Positions 8,409-18,476 are shown, numbered from the stretch's first letter. The stretch is DNA of 36,670 nt from Candidatus Woesearchaeota archaeon UBA119 (GCA_002505945.1 DAWM01000022.1:19032-55701), one strand, 5' to 3'. Notes: generated by a model not told the origin, from the sequence alone. Numbers and translations are program-made.

Positions 8409-11147
8409 TTGGCTGTAAGTTGGGAGGAATTAGCTTTCAAGGAAGCAAAAGAATCTTTGAAAAAGTTGGATTCTTCCCAAAAAGGGCTTAATAATCATGA
8501 GGCAAAGGCTCGTCTGGATAAATTTGGTTACAATGAGCTCTCCCAAGAGAAAAAATTACATCCCCTTAAGATATTCCTTGAGCAGTTTAATAATTTCATA
8601 ATATATGTGCTTTTCTTTGCTGTTGCAGTATCTTTCTTCATTGGAGAGTTTACAGATGCTATAGTAATTTTAATCATCCTTTTTGCTAACGCTTTGTTGG
8701 GTTTTTTTCAGAACTATAGGGCTGAGAAGTCTATTCTTGCTTTAAAGAAATTGACAGCATTGCATTCTACTGTAATAAGAGATGGAGAACAGGTTCGCAT
8801 TCCTGCAAAAGAGGTGGTACCTGGAGATATCTTGGTATTGTCAGAAGGGGATAAGATTCCTGCAGATGCCAAGATAATAACCTCAAATGAACTTGTTTGT
8901 GACGAATCTGTGATAACCGGAGAATCTATTCCTGTTAGAAAAGATAACAAACCCCTGACTAAAAGACTTAAAAAAGAAGGCATTGCCCTTGGAGATGTCA
9001 AAAACTGTCTTTTTAGTGGAACTACAATTGTTAATGGGAATGGTTTAGCTGTAGTTTTTGCAACTGGAAAGGATGCAGAGTTCGGCAAGATAGCAGAAAG
9101 CCTTTCACATGTAAAGCAGGAATCCACTCCTCTTCAGAAGAAATTAGATTCTTTTGGCAGAAAATTGTCTTTCTTGGTTATCATTGTATGCGCTTTAATC
9201 TTCCTTTTAGCCCTTTTTAAGAACCTTGATAATCTGAGCTTTAGTTCTGCTTTGGATAACTTTAAACTCTCAATCAGCCTTGCTGTGGCTGCTGTTCCTG
9301 AGGGTCTTCCAGTAATAATTACTCTGGCTCTTGCAATGGGAGTAAGAAGCCTTTCTAAGAAGAAAGCTCTTGTTAGGGTGCTTCCTTCTGTGGAAACATT
9401 GGGTAGCACCTCGGTAATCTGCACGGACAAAACAGGAACACTCACGAAAAATCAAATGACGGTAAAGAAACTATACCTTGGAGGAAAGGCCTTGAAGGTA
9501 GGAGGAGTTGGATATTCCCCAAAGGGAAAAGTGGAATTTGTTGATTCAAAGAAAAATTCCTCTTCCTTTATAAAAGAGAATTCTCTTTTCTTTGATGTTT
9601 GCCAATTCTGCAATTCAAGCAGCCTTTTTAGGCAGGATGGCAAGTGGTTTGTATCTGGGGATCCTACTGAAGCGAGCTTGTTGGTGCTGAACAAGAAAAT
9701 ATCCTATGTCCCCGATAAAAAAATCAAGAAGATAAAGGAGTTCCCTTTTTCTTCCTCAAGGAAGATGATGAGCGTTATTATCAAGAAAGGCAAGGATTAT
9801 TTTCTTCTTGTAAAAGGAGCCCCTGACTTGATACTCTCGAATTCCAGCCATCTTTTAGAAGCAGGAAAAAGGAAAAAGCTTTCTCATTCCAAGGATACCA
9901 TATCAACCTCTTCTGAACAAGAACTCAGAAAGGTAATAGATGAGTTTGCGCAGCAGGGCTATAGAGTTCTGGGTTTAGGATACAGAAAACTTTCCTCAAA
10001 AGAGATGAAACATATTGAAAAACTGCACGAGGATGACTTAGAAAAGGGTTTTACCTTTCTTGGCTTCGCAGGGATGATAGATCCGATCAGAGAAGAGGTC
10101 CCTCAAGCTATAGAAAACTGCAGAACTGCTGGTATGCGGGTAATAATGATAACAGGGGATTATCCTTTGACAGCTAAAGCAATTGGCGAGCAGATTGGAC
10201 TAGGAAGCCAGGTTGTAGAAGGTTCCCATATAGATCGGGTTTCAGAGAAAAAATTCAAGGAGATTGTGGCTAATACCAATATCTTTGCTAGGGTAGCTCC
10301 CGATCAAAAGATGAAAATCATTCAGCAGTTAAAAGACGATGGTGAGGTAGTTGCTATGACCGGCGATGGAGTTAATGATGCCCCTGCTCTTAAAAGAGCA
10401 GACATCGGGATTGCAATGGGAGAAACAGGAACAGAAGTGGCTAAACAATCAAGCGACATGATTCTTGTTGATAATTCCTTTGTCAATATATCCAATGCTG
10501 TATTTGAAGGGAGACGGATATTTGATAATATTGAGAAGTTTATTAATTATCTTCTTGCCACTAACTTAGCGGAGGTTTTGATAATCCTGGTGGCAGTCTT
10601 CTTTGCCTTTCCTTTCCCATTAATTCCAATACAAATCCTCTGGATAAACTTGATAACAGATGGTTTGCCAGCCATAGCATTAGGAATGGATCCTGCTTCA
10701 AAGGATATAATGAAAAAGAAACCCTATAAAGAAAAAAAAATCTTCTCAAAGGAGATGCTTTTTGCTATTCTTTTGATAGGTATTATTGTAACCTTTGGAG
10801 TGCTTTTGATTTATTTCTCTAACATCTCAAAAGTTTCTTTGGAGATTGCAAGAACCATGGCCTTAACAACATTGGTTTTGCTTGAGATTGTTATACTTGA
10901 TGCGGTGAGGAACAGATTTGGCCAGGGTTTATTCTCCAATCCAACCCTTTTGCTATCTTTGGCAGGGGCTTTTGGAGCTCATTTTCTGATACTTTATACC
11001 CCGCTTTCTCGCTTCTTCCATACAGTACCTCTAACTCTTGGCCAATGGGGTTCAATCCTCTTAGTTGTGATCCCTCTCATCTTAGGCTTTAGATTGCTCA
11101 GTTTTATATTAAGATTCATAAGGGAGAAGCATTCTGAGAGGACTTAA
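8409..11147 (+). CDS. P-type ATPase, type IIA (Ca2+-transporting-like)
   Basis: TGES, VPEGLP, phosphorylation site DKTGT, KGAP, MITGD, GDGVNDAPALKRADIG, TM5 N..E and TM6 WINLITDG. TTG start follows SD GAGGTG. Confidence 0.93.
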   Translation: MAVSWEELAFKEAKESLKKLDSSQKGLNNHEAKARLDKFGYNELSQEKKLHPLKIFLEQFNNFIIYVLFFAVAVSFFIGEFTDAIVILIILFANALLGFFQNYRAEKSILALKKLTALHSTVIRDGEQVRIPAKEVVPGDILVLSEGDKIPADAKIITSNELVCDESVITGESIPVRKDNKPLTKRLKKEGIALGDVKNCLFSGTTIVNGNGLAVVFATGKDAEFGKIAESLSHVKQESTPLQKKLDSFGRKLSFLVIIVCALIFLLALFKNLDNLSFSSALDNFKLSISLAVAAVPEGLPVIITLALAMGVRSLSKKKALVRVLPSVETLGSTSVICTDKTGTLTKNQMTVKKLYLGGKALKVGGVGYSPKGKVEFVDSKKNSSSFIKENSLFFDVCQFCNSSSLFRQDGKWFVSGDPTEASLLVLNKKISYVPDKKIKKIKEFPFSSSRKMMSVIIKKGKDYFLLVKGAPDLILSNSSHLLEAGKRKKLSHSKDTISTSSEQELRKVIDEFAQQGYRVLGLGYRKLSSKEMKHIEKLHEDDLEKGFTFLGFAGMIDPIREEVPQAIENCRTAGMRVIMITGDYPLTAKAIGEQIGLGSQVVEGSHIDRVSEKKFKEIVANTNIFARVAPDQKMKIIQQLKDDGEVVAMTGDGVNDAPALKRADIGIAMGETGTEVAKQSSDMILVDNSFVNISNAVFEGRRIFDNIEKFINYLLATNLAEVLIILVAVFFAFPFPLIPIQILWINLITDGLPAIALGMDPASKDIMKKKPYKEKKIFSKEMLFAILLIGIIVTFGVLLIYFSNISKVSLEIARTMALTTLVLLEIVILDAVRNRFGQGLFSNPTLLLSLAGAFGAHFLILYTPLSRFFHTVPLTLGQWGSILLVVIPLILGFRLLSFILRFIREKHSERT

Positions 11148-11238
11148 ACAAAGGTAATATCAAGAAATTCTAACTAAAACTTCAATCTCTGTTGAACCCT
11201 TCCAAACCTTTAAATATCTATGTGTTTAAATGCAAATC

Positions 11239-11862
11239 ATGGAAAAGGTCATGATGCTTTCCTTGGATGACGATTCCTCTGATCTTACCTCAATCATCAA
11301 CAGCAAAACTGCTAAAAGAATCATTTCTTATCTGGCTGAGAAAGAGGAAGCAACAGAGTCTGATGTAGCTAAAGATTTGGCTCTTCCTATATCAACGGTT
11401 CATTATAACCTTAAAAAGCTGCTTGAGGCGGGTGTTGTAATTTCTGAGAATTATCATTATTCTGATAAGGGTAAGGTAGTAGAGCATTATAAGATTGCCG
11501 AGAGATTGATTTTAATTGTGCCAAGCAAGAAAAAGAAATTCTCTGATTTCATAAAAAACCTTGTTCCAGTCTTCATTTCCTTTGGAGTAATAGCATTAGG
11601 GCTCTTGATTTATAATTTCTTTTTCTCCCAGATGTCTCATGGAGTATTGCAATCAATGAGCAGGGATACCGCTTATAACGCAGAAGCCTTGATGATGGAA
11701 ACAATGGAAGCCGCTCCTGTTGCCGAGGAGGTTGCTGTTTCCTCGGGAATCTCCTTTTGGCAGTATATGCTTATAGGAGCGCTTTTAGAGGTAGTTGTTA
11801 TAACTGTAATCTTTGCCTTCCTTTATTTCTGGAATAAAAGAAAAAGCATATTGAACAAATGA
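11239..11862 (+). CDS. Membrane-anchored ArsR-like winged-helix transcriptional regulator (wHTH plus 2 TM helices)
   Basis: ATESDVAKDLALPISTVHYNLKKLLEAG, YSDKGK wing, and two hydrophobic C-terminal segments. TTTAAATA (11209-11216) ends 22 nt before ATG 11239; alternative start 11230. Confidence 0.8.
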   Translation: MEKVMMLSLDDDSSDLTSIINSKTAKRIISYLAEKEEATESDVAKDLALPISTVHYNLKKLLEAGVVISENYHYSDKGKVVEHYKIAERLILIVPSKKKKFSDFIKNLVPVFISFGVIALGLLIYNFFFSQMSHGVLQSMSRDTAYNAEALMMETMEAAPVAEEVAVSSGISFWQYMLIGALLEVVVITVIFAFLYFWNKRKSILNK

Positions 11863-11930
11863 AGATTAATTACTGCTACTCAAAAAGAGTAACACATTTT
11901 TTTAAAATATTTCTCTATTAGATTCTATGA

Positions 11931-12902
11931 ATGAAAGGAGATGTAATTCTGAAGACAAAGGATTTGAGCATTGAGATAGATGGCTTTCTGATTTTAGACA
12001 AGATTAATCTCGATATATATGAAGGCGAGATGTTAGGTATTATAGGGATGTCTGGAGCAGGTAAAACCACCCTGCTTTCATCTTTAATAGGAGTATTTCC
12101 TCCTTTAAGCGGGGATGTTTATTTTTCCCATAGAACCCCTGATAAAAAAAAGGTTTTTAAGTCGGTAAATGCTCTGAAGCAATACTTCAGGCAGAGAGTC
12201 GGGTTCTCAAGCCAGATTGCATCTTTCTATGATAAGCTTACTGTTGTAGAAAACCTGCAGTTCTTTGCCTCCTTTTATGGCTTAGATAAATATACCTCTG
12301 AAGAAAGGATTAAAATCCTCTTGGATTTGTTTGACCTTTATCTTTTGAAGGATAAACTAGCCGAGGCTCTTTCAGGAGGAATGAGGAAAAGGCTTGACAT
12401 GGCCTGCGCTATGATTAACAATCCAAAAATCCTGCTATTGGATGAGCCAACTGCGAATCTGGATCCTGTTCTTAAGAAACAGATGTGGGCCTTAATCCAA
12501 AAGATAAACGAGAAAGGTACTACTGTAATAATAGCATCTCATCTTGTTTCAGATTTAGAGCAATACTGTGATAGGCTTGTTATACTTTCTGAAGGCAAGT
12601 TTGTGAGAGAAGGCACACCAAGGGAGTTAAGAGGCAGCATCTCTGTAGGAAGTAAAATCCTCTTGGAAACATCCCCAGGTGATTATCCTAAATTAGCCAA
12701 ATTGCTTAAGAAAAAGAAGGTTGTGACAAAGGCTCTTAGCAAGGGAGATCATCTAATATTATACGCGCCAAACGGAGAAAAAGCACTTAATGAATTGATG
12801 TCAGCAGCTCATAAACTCAAGGAGCGAGTAATAAGTGTTGAGATGAACAAGCCCTCTTTGGATGACTTTTTCGCTACAATTGTAGAACAGAACGAACAAT
12901 GA
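11931..12902 (+). CDS. ABC-2 type exporter ATP-binding protein
   Basis: Walker A GMSGAGKTT, signature LSGGMRKR, Walker B LLLDEPT, H-loop SH. Confidence 0.93.
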   Translation: MKGDVILKTKDLSIEIDGFLILDKINLDIYEGEMLGIIGMSGAGKTTLLSSLIGVFPPLSGDVYFSHRTPDKKKVFKSVNALKQYFRQRVGFSSQIASFYDKLTVVENLQFFASFYGLDKYTSEERIKILLDLFDLYLLKDKLAEALSGGMRKRLDMACAMINNPKILLLDEPTANLDPVLKKQMWALIQKINEKGTTVIIASHLVSDLEQYCDRLVILSEGKFVREGTPRELRGSISVGSKILLETSPGDYPKLAKLLKKKKVVTKALSKGDHLILYAPNGEKALNELMSAAHKLKERVISVEMNKPSLDDFFATIVEQNEQ

Positions 12903-12917
12903 ACAAATAGGTGTCTA

Positions 12918-14936
12918 ATGTTGAACTTTAGAAGCTTGTTGGAGGTTGTAAAGAAGGAGTTGAAGGTATTGATTAGGTCAAAGTCTTCTTCGTTGATAGT
13001 AATCCTTGGTCCTCTTCTAATAATCTTCATGGTTGGTTTGGCTTTTGATACGAGCGGCTATCACAACATAAAACTTGCGGTATATTCAGAGGAGTATTCA
13101 GATTTGGCAGAATCCTATATCTCGAAGCTCTCAAGTAATGCTTACCGAGTTTTTAAGGTTTCTTCAGAGGAAGAATGCATATCTCTTGTCAAGGCAGGAA
13201 CACATCACGCATGTATTGTCTTCTCTCCTAACCTAAGGATAGGCAATCAGACCAAGTCCCAGATTAACATACATATTGATAACTCTAAGTTAAATATAGC
13301 ATGGCTGATTAAGGATACCATATTCCAAAGAATCTCTAATCGCTCTCAGGAAATCTCTCAATCCCTTTCCCAAATCCTTTTAGATACCTTTGATGAGATA
13401 AATGATGAGCTCTCAATACGAAAGAAATCTGTAATCTCTCTGACAACTAAAAATGACGAGCTTATCACAGATGCTAATGACATTATAAGTGCAGGGCAGG
13501 GAATAAAGGTAGATATAGATGAATCCAAGTTTAAAACATCTGAGTTCTCTTCCTCAATCTCTTCTGCTTCTAGCATATTTTCCCAATATAAGAATGAGAT
13601 GGAAGACTCAGTGTCTTCTGTAGTCTCATCAATAAATGCCATTCAGAGCGAGGCAGAGGATTTGAATATAAATGATACTCTAAAGCAAAGTCTATATAAT
13701 GCAATCTCCTCTGCCAAAACCCAGGCATCTAACATCTCTCATCAGGATACTTATGAATCAGCCCAGTCAAAGCTATCCGCTTTATCTTCTTATGTCGATG
13801 CAATTAAAACTGAATTAACCAGTTTAAAAACCGAGATATCAGATATGACTGAATCAAAGAATGAACTCCTTTCTCAAGCCCAGGGTATGAAACAGAAGCT
13901 AGTGGATCAGCTTGGTAAGATAATGGAGATTCAACAAGGAATAAACACGATAGAGCAGAAAATTGCTAATCTTGAGGTTAAGGATTCGGATGTTATATCA
14001 GAACCGATAGAAACTAAAGTCTCTCCTGTTGTGGTAAAAGAGAGCCATTTATCTTTCCTATTCCCAAATCTCTTAGTATTAATAGTGATGTTTGTCAGCC
14101 TTTTAATATCATCTACTTTGGTTCAGATGGAAAGAAGCTCTAAAGCTCATTTCAGGAACCTTATTACCCCCTCTAATAATCTGTTCTTTACATTTGGAAG
14201 TTTCCTTGTAACCCTTTTGGTTGTACTGATTCAGATTATAATAGTGTTGGGCATAACTGATTTGGTTTTCCAAACTGCCATATTCTCAAACTTCCATTAT
14301 ATCATGCTGATTTCTCTTGTATCCTCATCGCTTTTCATTCTCCTAGGCATAATCATAGCAGGTATCTTCAACAGCGAAGAAACAAGCTTAATGGCTACAT
14401 TAGCAGTTGGCCTGGTCTTGTTATTGGTTTCAGGCACAATCCTGCCTCTTGAGACTATGCCTTCTAATGTCAAAGCGGTTACCGAATTAAGTCCTTTTGT
14501 GCTTAGTTATGATATGTATCGGGATATGATATTGTTCAAATCTACCTTCTCTACCATCTCTTCAGAAATGGGCTATATGGTGCTTTATGTTTTGGTATTG
14601 GCCTCTTTGATTTTCATAATGCAGAACCTCTTTGACAAACTAAGCCTTAAATTGCATTTAAGGGCCCATGTTCCTTTCAAGGTTGCTGGAAAAGAGATTT
14701 CTGGAAAGAAAACCATGAAAAGCGTGTTTGTAAAAGAGACCAAACAGATGGAATATCTTAGAGAGTTAATACATGATTGCAAGAAGATACTTTCTAAGAA
14801 GAATCTTGGGCAACCAGATGTAGATAAGGTAAAGAAGATCTATGTAAAACTGCTTAATATCTATGATTCTTTACCTATTTCAGAAAGAAAGCGGGTGTTC
14901 CCGGAAATTGATAAGATATACAAAAAGATAAGCTAG
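12918..14936 (+). CDS. ABC-2 type permease with large extracytoplasmic helical insert (YhgE/Pip-like architecture)
   Basis: KKELKVLIR then TM1, a ~330-aa soluble Ser/Gln-rich helical region, 5 further TMs with MER and LVSGTILPLETMP (ABC-2 motifs), then a cytoplasmic helical tail. Confidence 0.85.
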   Translation: MLNFRSLLEVVKKELKVLIRSKSSSLIVILGPLLIIFMVGLAFDTSGYHNIKLAVYSEEYSDLAESYISKLSSNAYRVFKVSSEEECISLVKAGTHHACIVFSPNLRIGNQTKSQINIHIDNSKLNIAWLIKDTIFQRISNRSQEISQSLSQILLDTFDEINDELSIRKKSVISLTTKNDELITDANDIISAGQGIKVDIDESKFKTSEFSSSISSASSIFSQYKNEMEDSVSSVVSSINAIQSEAEDLNINDTLKQSLYNAISSAKTQASNISHQDTYESAQSKLSALSSYVDAIKTELTSLKTEISDMTESKNELLSQAQGMKQKLVDQLGKIMEIQQGINTIEQKIANLEVKDSDVISEPIETKVSPVVVKESHLSFLFPNLLVLIVMFVSLLISSTLVQMERSSKAHFRNLITPSNNLFFTFGSFLVTLLVVLIQIIIVLGITDLVFQTAIFSNFHYIMLISLVSSSLFILLGIIIAGIFNSEETSLMATLAVGLVLLLVSGTILPLETMPSNVKAVTELSPFVLSYDMYRDMILFKSTFSTISSEMGYMVLYVLVLASLIFIMQNLFDKLSLKLHLRAHVPFKVAGKEISGKKTMKSVFVKETKQMEYLRELIHDCKKILSKKNLGQPDVDKVKKIYVKLLNIYDSLPISERKRVFPEIDKIYKKIS

Positions 14937-15074
14937 ATAAACTAATCAGGACTCTAGTTCTTAATCTTGCTGGCTTCTTCTTTATGCACAAAGATTCACA
15001 ATATTGGCATGGGGTTTAACACCCAGCGCTTCAGGGCGATTTTTATGATTCCATTCCAAGGAAAAAGCACTTTG

Positions 15075-15089
15075 GAAAAGCTTTATAAA
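15075..15089 (+). promoter_or_regulatory. BRE/TATA promoter of aRF1, probable leaderless or very short leader
   Basis: GAAAAGC-TTTATAAA ends 23 nt before ATG 15113. Confidence 0.65.
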
Positions 15090-15112
15090 CCCAGTCTTGG
15101 TTCCTAAGGAAT

Positions 15113-16219
15113 ATGGAATTATCCGCAGCCCAGAAAAGGAAATTGAAGAGATTCGTTGAAGAGCTTGACCAATATAAAGGCAGGCATACCGAACTTGTCA
15201 GTGTTTATATCCCTCAAGGATACGATATGAACAAGATAATCAATCACCTTTTGGATGAGCAAGGCACTGCTACGAATATTAAGTCTAAGCAGACCCAAAA
15301 GAATGTTATAGCTTCTCTTGAAAGGATGATACAGCATTTAAGGCTGTTCAAGAAAACTCCGCAGAATGGATTGGCGGTCTTTGCAGGCAATGTTGCCGAG
15401 AGAGAAGGTCAGTTAGATGTTCAGGTCTGGAGTATTGAACCGCCTATCCCTCTTAATTTCCGCATATACCGATGTGATAAGGACTTTGTTTTAGACCCAT
15501 TAAAAAAGATGTTGGAGTCAGATGACCTCTTTGGCTTGGTTGTATTAGACAAAAGGGAAGCCAATATAGCTTTATTGAAGGGTAAGAGGATAATTCCGCT
15601 TGCTAAGACAACATCTAATGTTCCAGGGAAGACTAGGGCTGGAGGCCAGTCAGCTCCTAGATTCCAAAGGCTTAGAGAAGGAGCCACTAAGGATTTCTTT
15701 AAGAAAATTGCTGAGTATGTTAAGGAATCATTCCAGGATAGAGATCTTAATGGGATGATTATTGGAGGTCCAGGTCATACAAAGAATGAATTCGTTGATG
15801 GCAACTTCATCCCAGAGGCCTTGAAAAACAAGATTATTGCGGTAAAGGATTTGAGCTATACCGGAGAATATGGGCTCCAGGAGCTATTGGATAAAAGCGA
15901 AGATGTTCTTGCAGAAGAACAAGTATCTAAGGAAAAGAAATTGATGAAAGGCTTCTTTGAGACCTTGGCAAAAGAGCCGGGAAAGGTTGCCTATGGCAGG
16001 GATGAAGTATTTCAACTTCTAGAGAGAGGAGCAGTGGAAAAACTCCTTTTGTCTGATGAGTTAGATGATGAAACAATTGAGGAGTTTGAAAAGAAGGCAG
16101 AGGAATTCTCCAGCGAGGTTGAAGTTGTATCAACCGAGACTAATGAGGGAGTGCAATTGACAAACCTTGGCAAAGTCGCTGCCTTCTTGCGATATAGTAT
16201 AGATGCCGACCAATTATAA
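15113..16219 (+). CDS. prf1: Peptide chain release factor aRF1
   Basis: GRHTELVSVYIP, TATNIKS, YRCDKDF (YxCxxxF) and GKTRAGGQSA (GGQ). Confidence 0.97.
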   Translation: MELSAAQKRKLKRFVEELDQYKGRHTELVSVYIPQGYDMNKIINHLLDEQGTATNIKSKQTQKNVIASLERMIQHLRLFKKTPQNGLAVFAGNVAEREGQLDVQVWSIEPPIPLNFRIYRCDKDFVLDPLKKMLESDDLFGLVVLDKREANIALLKGKRIIPLAKTTSNVPGKTRAGGQSAPRFQRLREGATKDFFKKIAEYVKESFQDRDLNGMIIGGPGHTKNEFVDGNFIPEALKNKIIAVKDLSYTGEYGLQELLDKSEDVLAEEQVSKEKKLMKGFFETLAKEPGKVAYGRDEVFQLLERGAVEKLLLSDELDDETIEEFEKKAEEFSSEVEVVSTETNEGVQLTNLGKVAAFLRYSIDADQL

Positions 16220-16244
16220 TCTTCTTTAAGATGATTTATTTAAA

Positions 16245-16922
16245 ATGAGAGATATGATTAATATAGAAAAAGAAGAATTCCAGGAAAAACTCAAGAGTGC
16301 AGCAAAGGAATTAGGACTTTCTCTTAATAAATATCAATTTTCTTTAATCTATTCAAGAAGAATGAAGGGCTATAACACCAAGATTGTGTTGCATCGTTTC
16401 CATAAGAGAATTGAGTTTAGGTTCGGTTATAAATGGAAGGAGGTAGGGTGGGAGATTCAAAAAGGGGCTGTTCAGGCTCTCCTATGCAGATTGTTTAAGA
16501 AAAATAAGAAGACAATGTCAATCTCCCTCCTGGATTCATTTCTGAGCAATGTCCATTCTTCCTACCTTGTACAAGAGGACTTTGAAGATGACATCTTGAG
16601 GGAGAGTTTTGAGAGGGTTAATGGGAAATTCTTTAATTCCTCTCAAGGGATATCTAGGGTTAGATTTGGCAAGCCTTCAAAAACCACTCTTGGCAGGTAT
16701 GATTTTGACTCTGATGAGATTGTTATCTCATCCATTTTCAAAAAAGCCCCCTGTGAATTGCTGGATTATGTTATGTATCATGAATTGCTTCATAAGAAAC
16801 ATGGATATGGTTCCTCCCTTAAAAGGCAGTATCATACCCCTTCTTTCAAGCAAGAAGAACAGAAATTTCCTGATTACAAAGGAGTAGAAAAAAGACTTCA
16901 AGCCTTTATTTCACATAACTAG
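16245..16922 (+). CDS. SprT-like / YgjP (DUF45) zinc metalloprotease-like protein
   Basis: F..VN..FF, TTLGRY, DYVMYHELLH (HExxH) and a downstream HTPSF. Start could be 16254. Confidence 0.75.
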   Translation: MRDMINIEKEEFQEKLKSAAKELGLSLNKYQFSLIYSRRMKGYNTKIVLHRFHKRIEFRFGYKWKEVGWEIQKGAVQALLCRLFKKNKKTMSISLLDSFLSNVHSSYLVQEDFEDDILRESFERVNGKFFNSSQGISRVRFGKPSKTTLGRYDFDSDEIVISSIFKKAPCELLDYVMYHELLHKKHGYGSSLKRQYHTPSFKQEEQKFPDYKGVEKRLQAFISHN

Positions 16923-16944
16923 TTTCGAGTACAATCTAAATGCT

Positions 16945-18381
16945 TTATATAAGGTTAAGTTCTCCGAGCATCTGCAAAGCCTGCATATCATCAATAATCT
17001 TATCCGCTTTAAGTTGATTGATTAAACTCCCTGCCTGCTTAACATTAATCTGTTTCTGCTTTATCAGCCTATCTATCGCCCAGGTTACCATCCTTTGATT
17101 AGGATTATCCTTGTAATTCTCTTTTAATGCCTCTGCAATCAATTGAAGGTTTGTTTTGCCTTTCAAACTTTCTATATATATCTGTTTTTCCAATCTTTCT
17201 ATAGGATTATCATTGTTCTTTTTCTTTTCTGTTGCTTCTTTTTTATCCTTCTTCTTTTCTTCAAGAATATCAGAGATATCTAGCCACTCCTCCTTCTTTT
17301 CAATGTACTTGTCTAAATCAAGATGCTTGAATTCCTCTTTATCTCTTTCTTCTTTTGGCTTAACGGCCGATTTCTCAAACTCGGTGAATGGTTCCAAGTT
17401 GATCCTTGGTTTTATATTGCTTGGATTCGTTGATCTCCGAGGCTTACTTGCTGTGGTAAACCGGTGCTTATCTCTGTTCTGGGAGCCCTCGCTTGGAAAA
17501 GGGAACCGCAGATTTAAGTCCGGCTGGATATTAGATGTTTGCTCTTCTGAATTCTTCCTTTTCTTGAGCAAACTTATTAGGATTATTATGGCAGTTAAAT
17601 TCAATCCTATGGAAAACGTGAGAACGATTATTAAAGGCAGATTCTTATTAATGAATTCCATAGCTTGAGGAAACGACAGGGTTGACCTTTCCTTATTATC
17701 ATCCTGATTCTCTTCATTATTCTCAGGCTTATCAACCCCCAAATAATATGTTATTCTCTTTGTTTCTTTCCCATCGTATTCATTATAGCATTCTACAATG
17801 AAACTTGTTTTTCCCTTTTTCTGCGAAATCTCCATAACTTGAATCCTGTGGTTAGTGTCGTTAAGATTCTGCATAGTGAATGTCCCTTCCTCCGCTTTGA
17901 TATTGCAGATAGACTTTTTCGTAGTCCTTACATTGATATAGTCAGATAATGCGATAGAATCCAAATCTGAAGGAGACACATGAGTTATAAGAAAAGGGAT
18001 GTTCCCTTGTGCGTCTTCTTCCTCTTTGTTCTCCTCGGTAGAATTGTCCTCAAAAGATATATTAATCTCGAAGGCCTTAAAGTCTTCCTGGTTTTCTAAT
18101 CCATCACACCAGCCATTTATGACTTGGTTTACTGGTTCAACCTGATATTCAAAGACTTTGTTTTCGGAGTCAACTGCAGACAAAGTTTTTATTTCTCCAT
18201 TTTCTATATAACACTTAGCTGGGGTATCCGTTTCTATAATAAGTATATCTTGGTCATCTTCTTGCGTCAGATTTACATTTGTGGTAAGAGAGTATGCAAT
18301 AGGCAAAACAAGCAAAACAACACCTAATACAAGAATCCATCTTAACTTTGAGCAGAGTTCCGGATTTTTGACCCAAACCAC
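16945..18381 (-). CDS. Hypothetical single-pass membrane protein (signal peptide, Cys-containing extracellular beta region, TM, charged cytoplasmic tail)
   Basis: Hydrophobic N-terminus, two similar segments (IETDTPAKCY / VRTTKKSICN), and TM LPLIIVLTFSIGLNLTAIIILISLLKKRK. GTG start is uncertain. Confidence 0.7.
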   Translation of the reverse strand: MVWVKNPELCSKLRWILVLGVVLLVLPIAYSLTTNVNLTQEDDQDILIIETDTPAKCYIENGEIKTLSAVDSENKVFEYQVEPVNQVINGWCDGLENQEDFKAFEINISFEDNSTEENKEEEDAQGNIPFLITHVSPSDLDSIALSDYINVRTTKKSICNIKAEEGTFTMQNLNDTNHRIQVMEISQKKGKTSFIVECYNEYDGKETKRITYYLGVDKPENNEENQDDNKERSTLSFPQAMEFINKNLPLIIVLTFSIGLNLTAIIILISLLKKRKNSEEQTSNIQPDLNLRFPFPSEGSQNRDKHRFTTASKPRRSTNPSNIKPRINLEPFTEFEKSAVKPKEERDKEEFKHLDLDKYIEKKEEWLDISDILEEKKKDKKEATEKKKNNDNPIERLEKQIYIESLKGKTNLQLIAEALKENYKDNPNQRMVTWAIDRLIKQKQINVKQAGSLINQLKADKIIDDMQALQMLGELNLI

Positions 18382-18476
18382 CTCTTCTTTTCTATTTTTA
18401 AACTTCTTATAATATATATTTTTTCATTTTAATAATGCCTTCAAGCTGTTTTTTAGGCCTTTTTTCTTCAATTTAA

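Noticed and set aside
14982..14990. TTATGCACA matches the bacterial DnaA-box consensus (also at 26599-26607)
   Set aside because: Isolated single boxes in an archaeal context, with no cluster or dnaA; not evidence of an origin.
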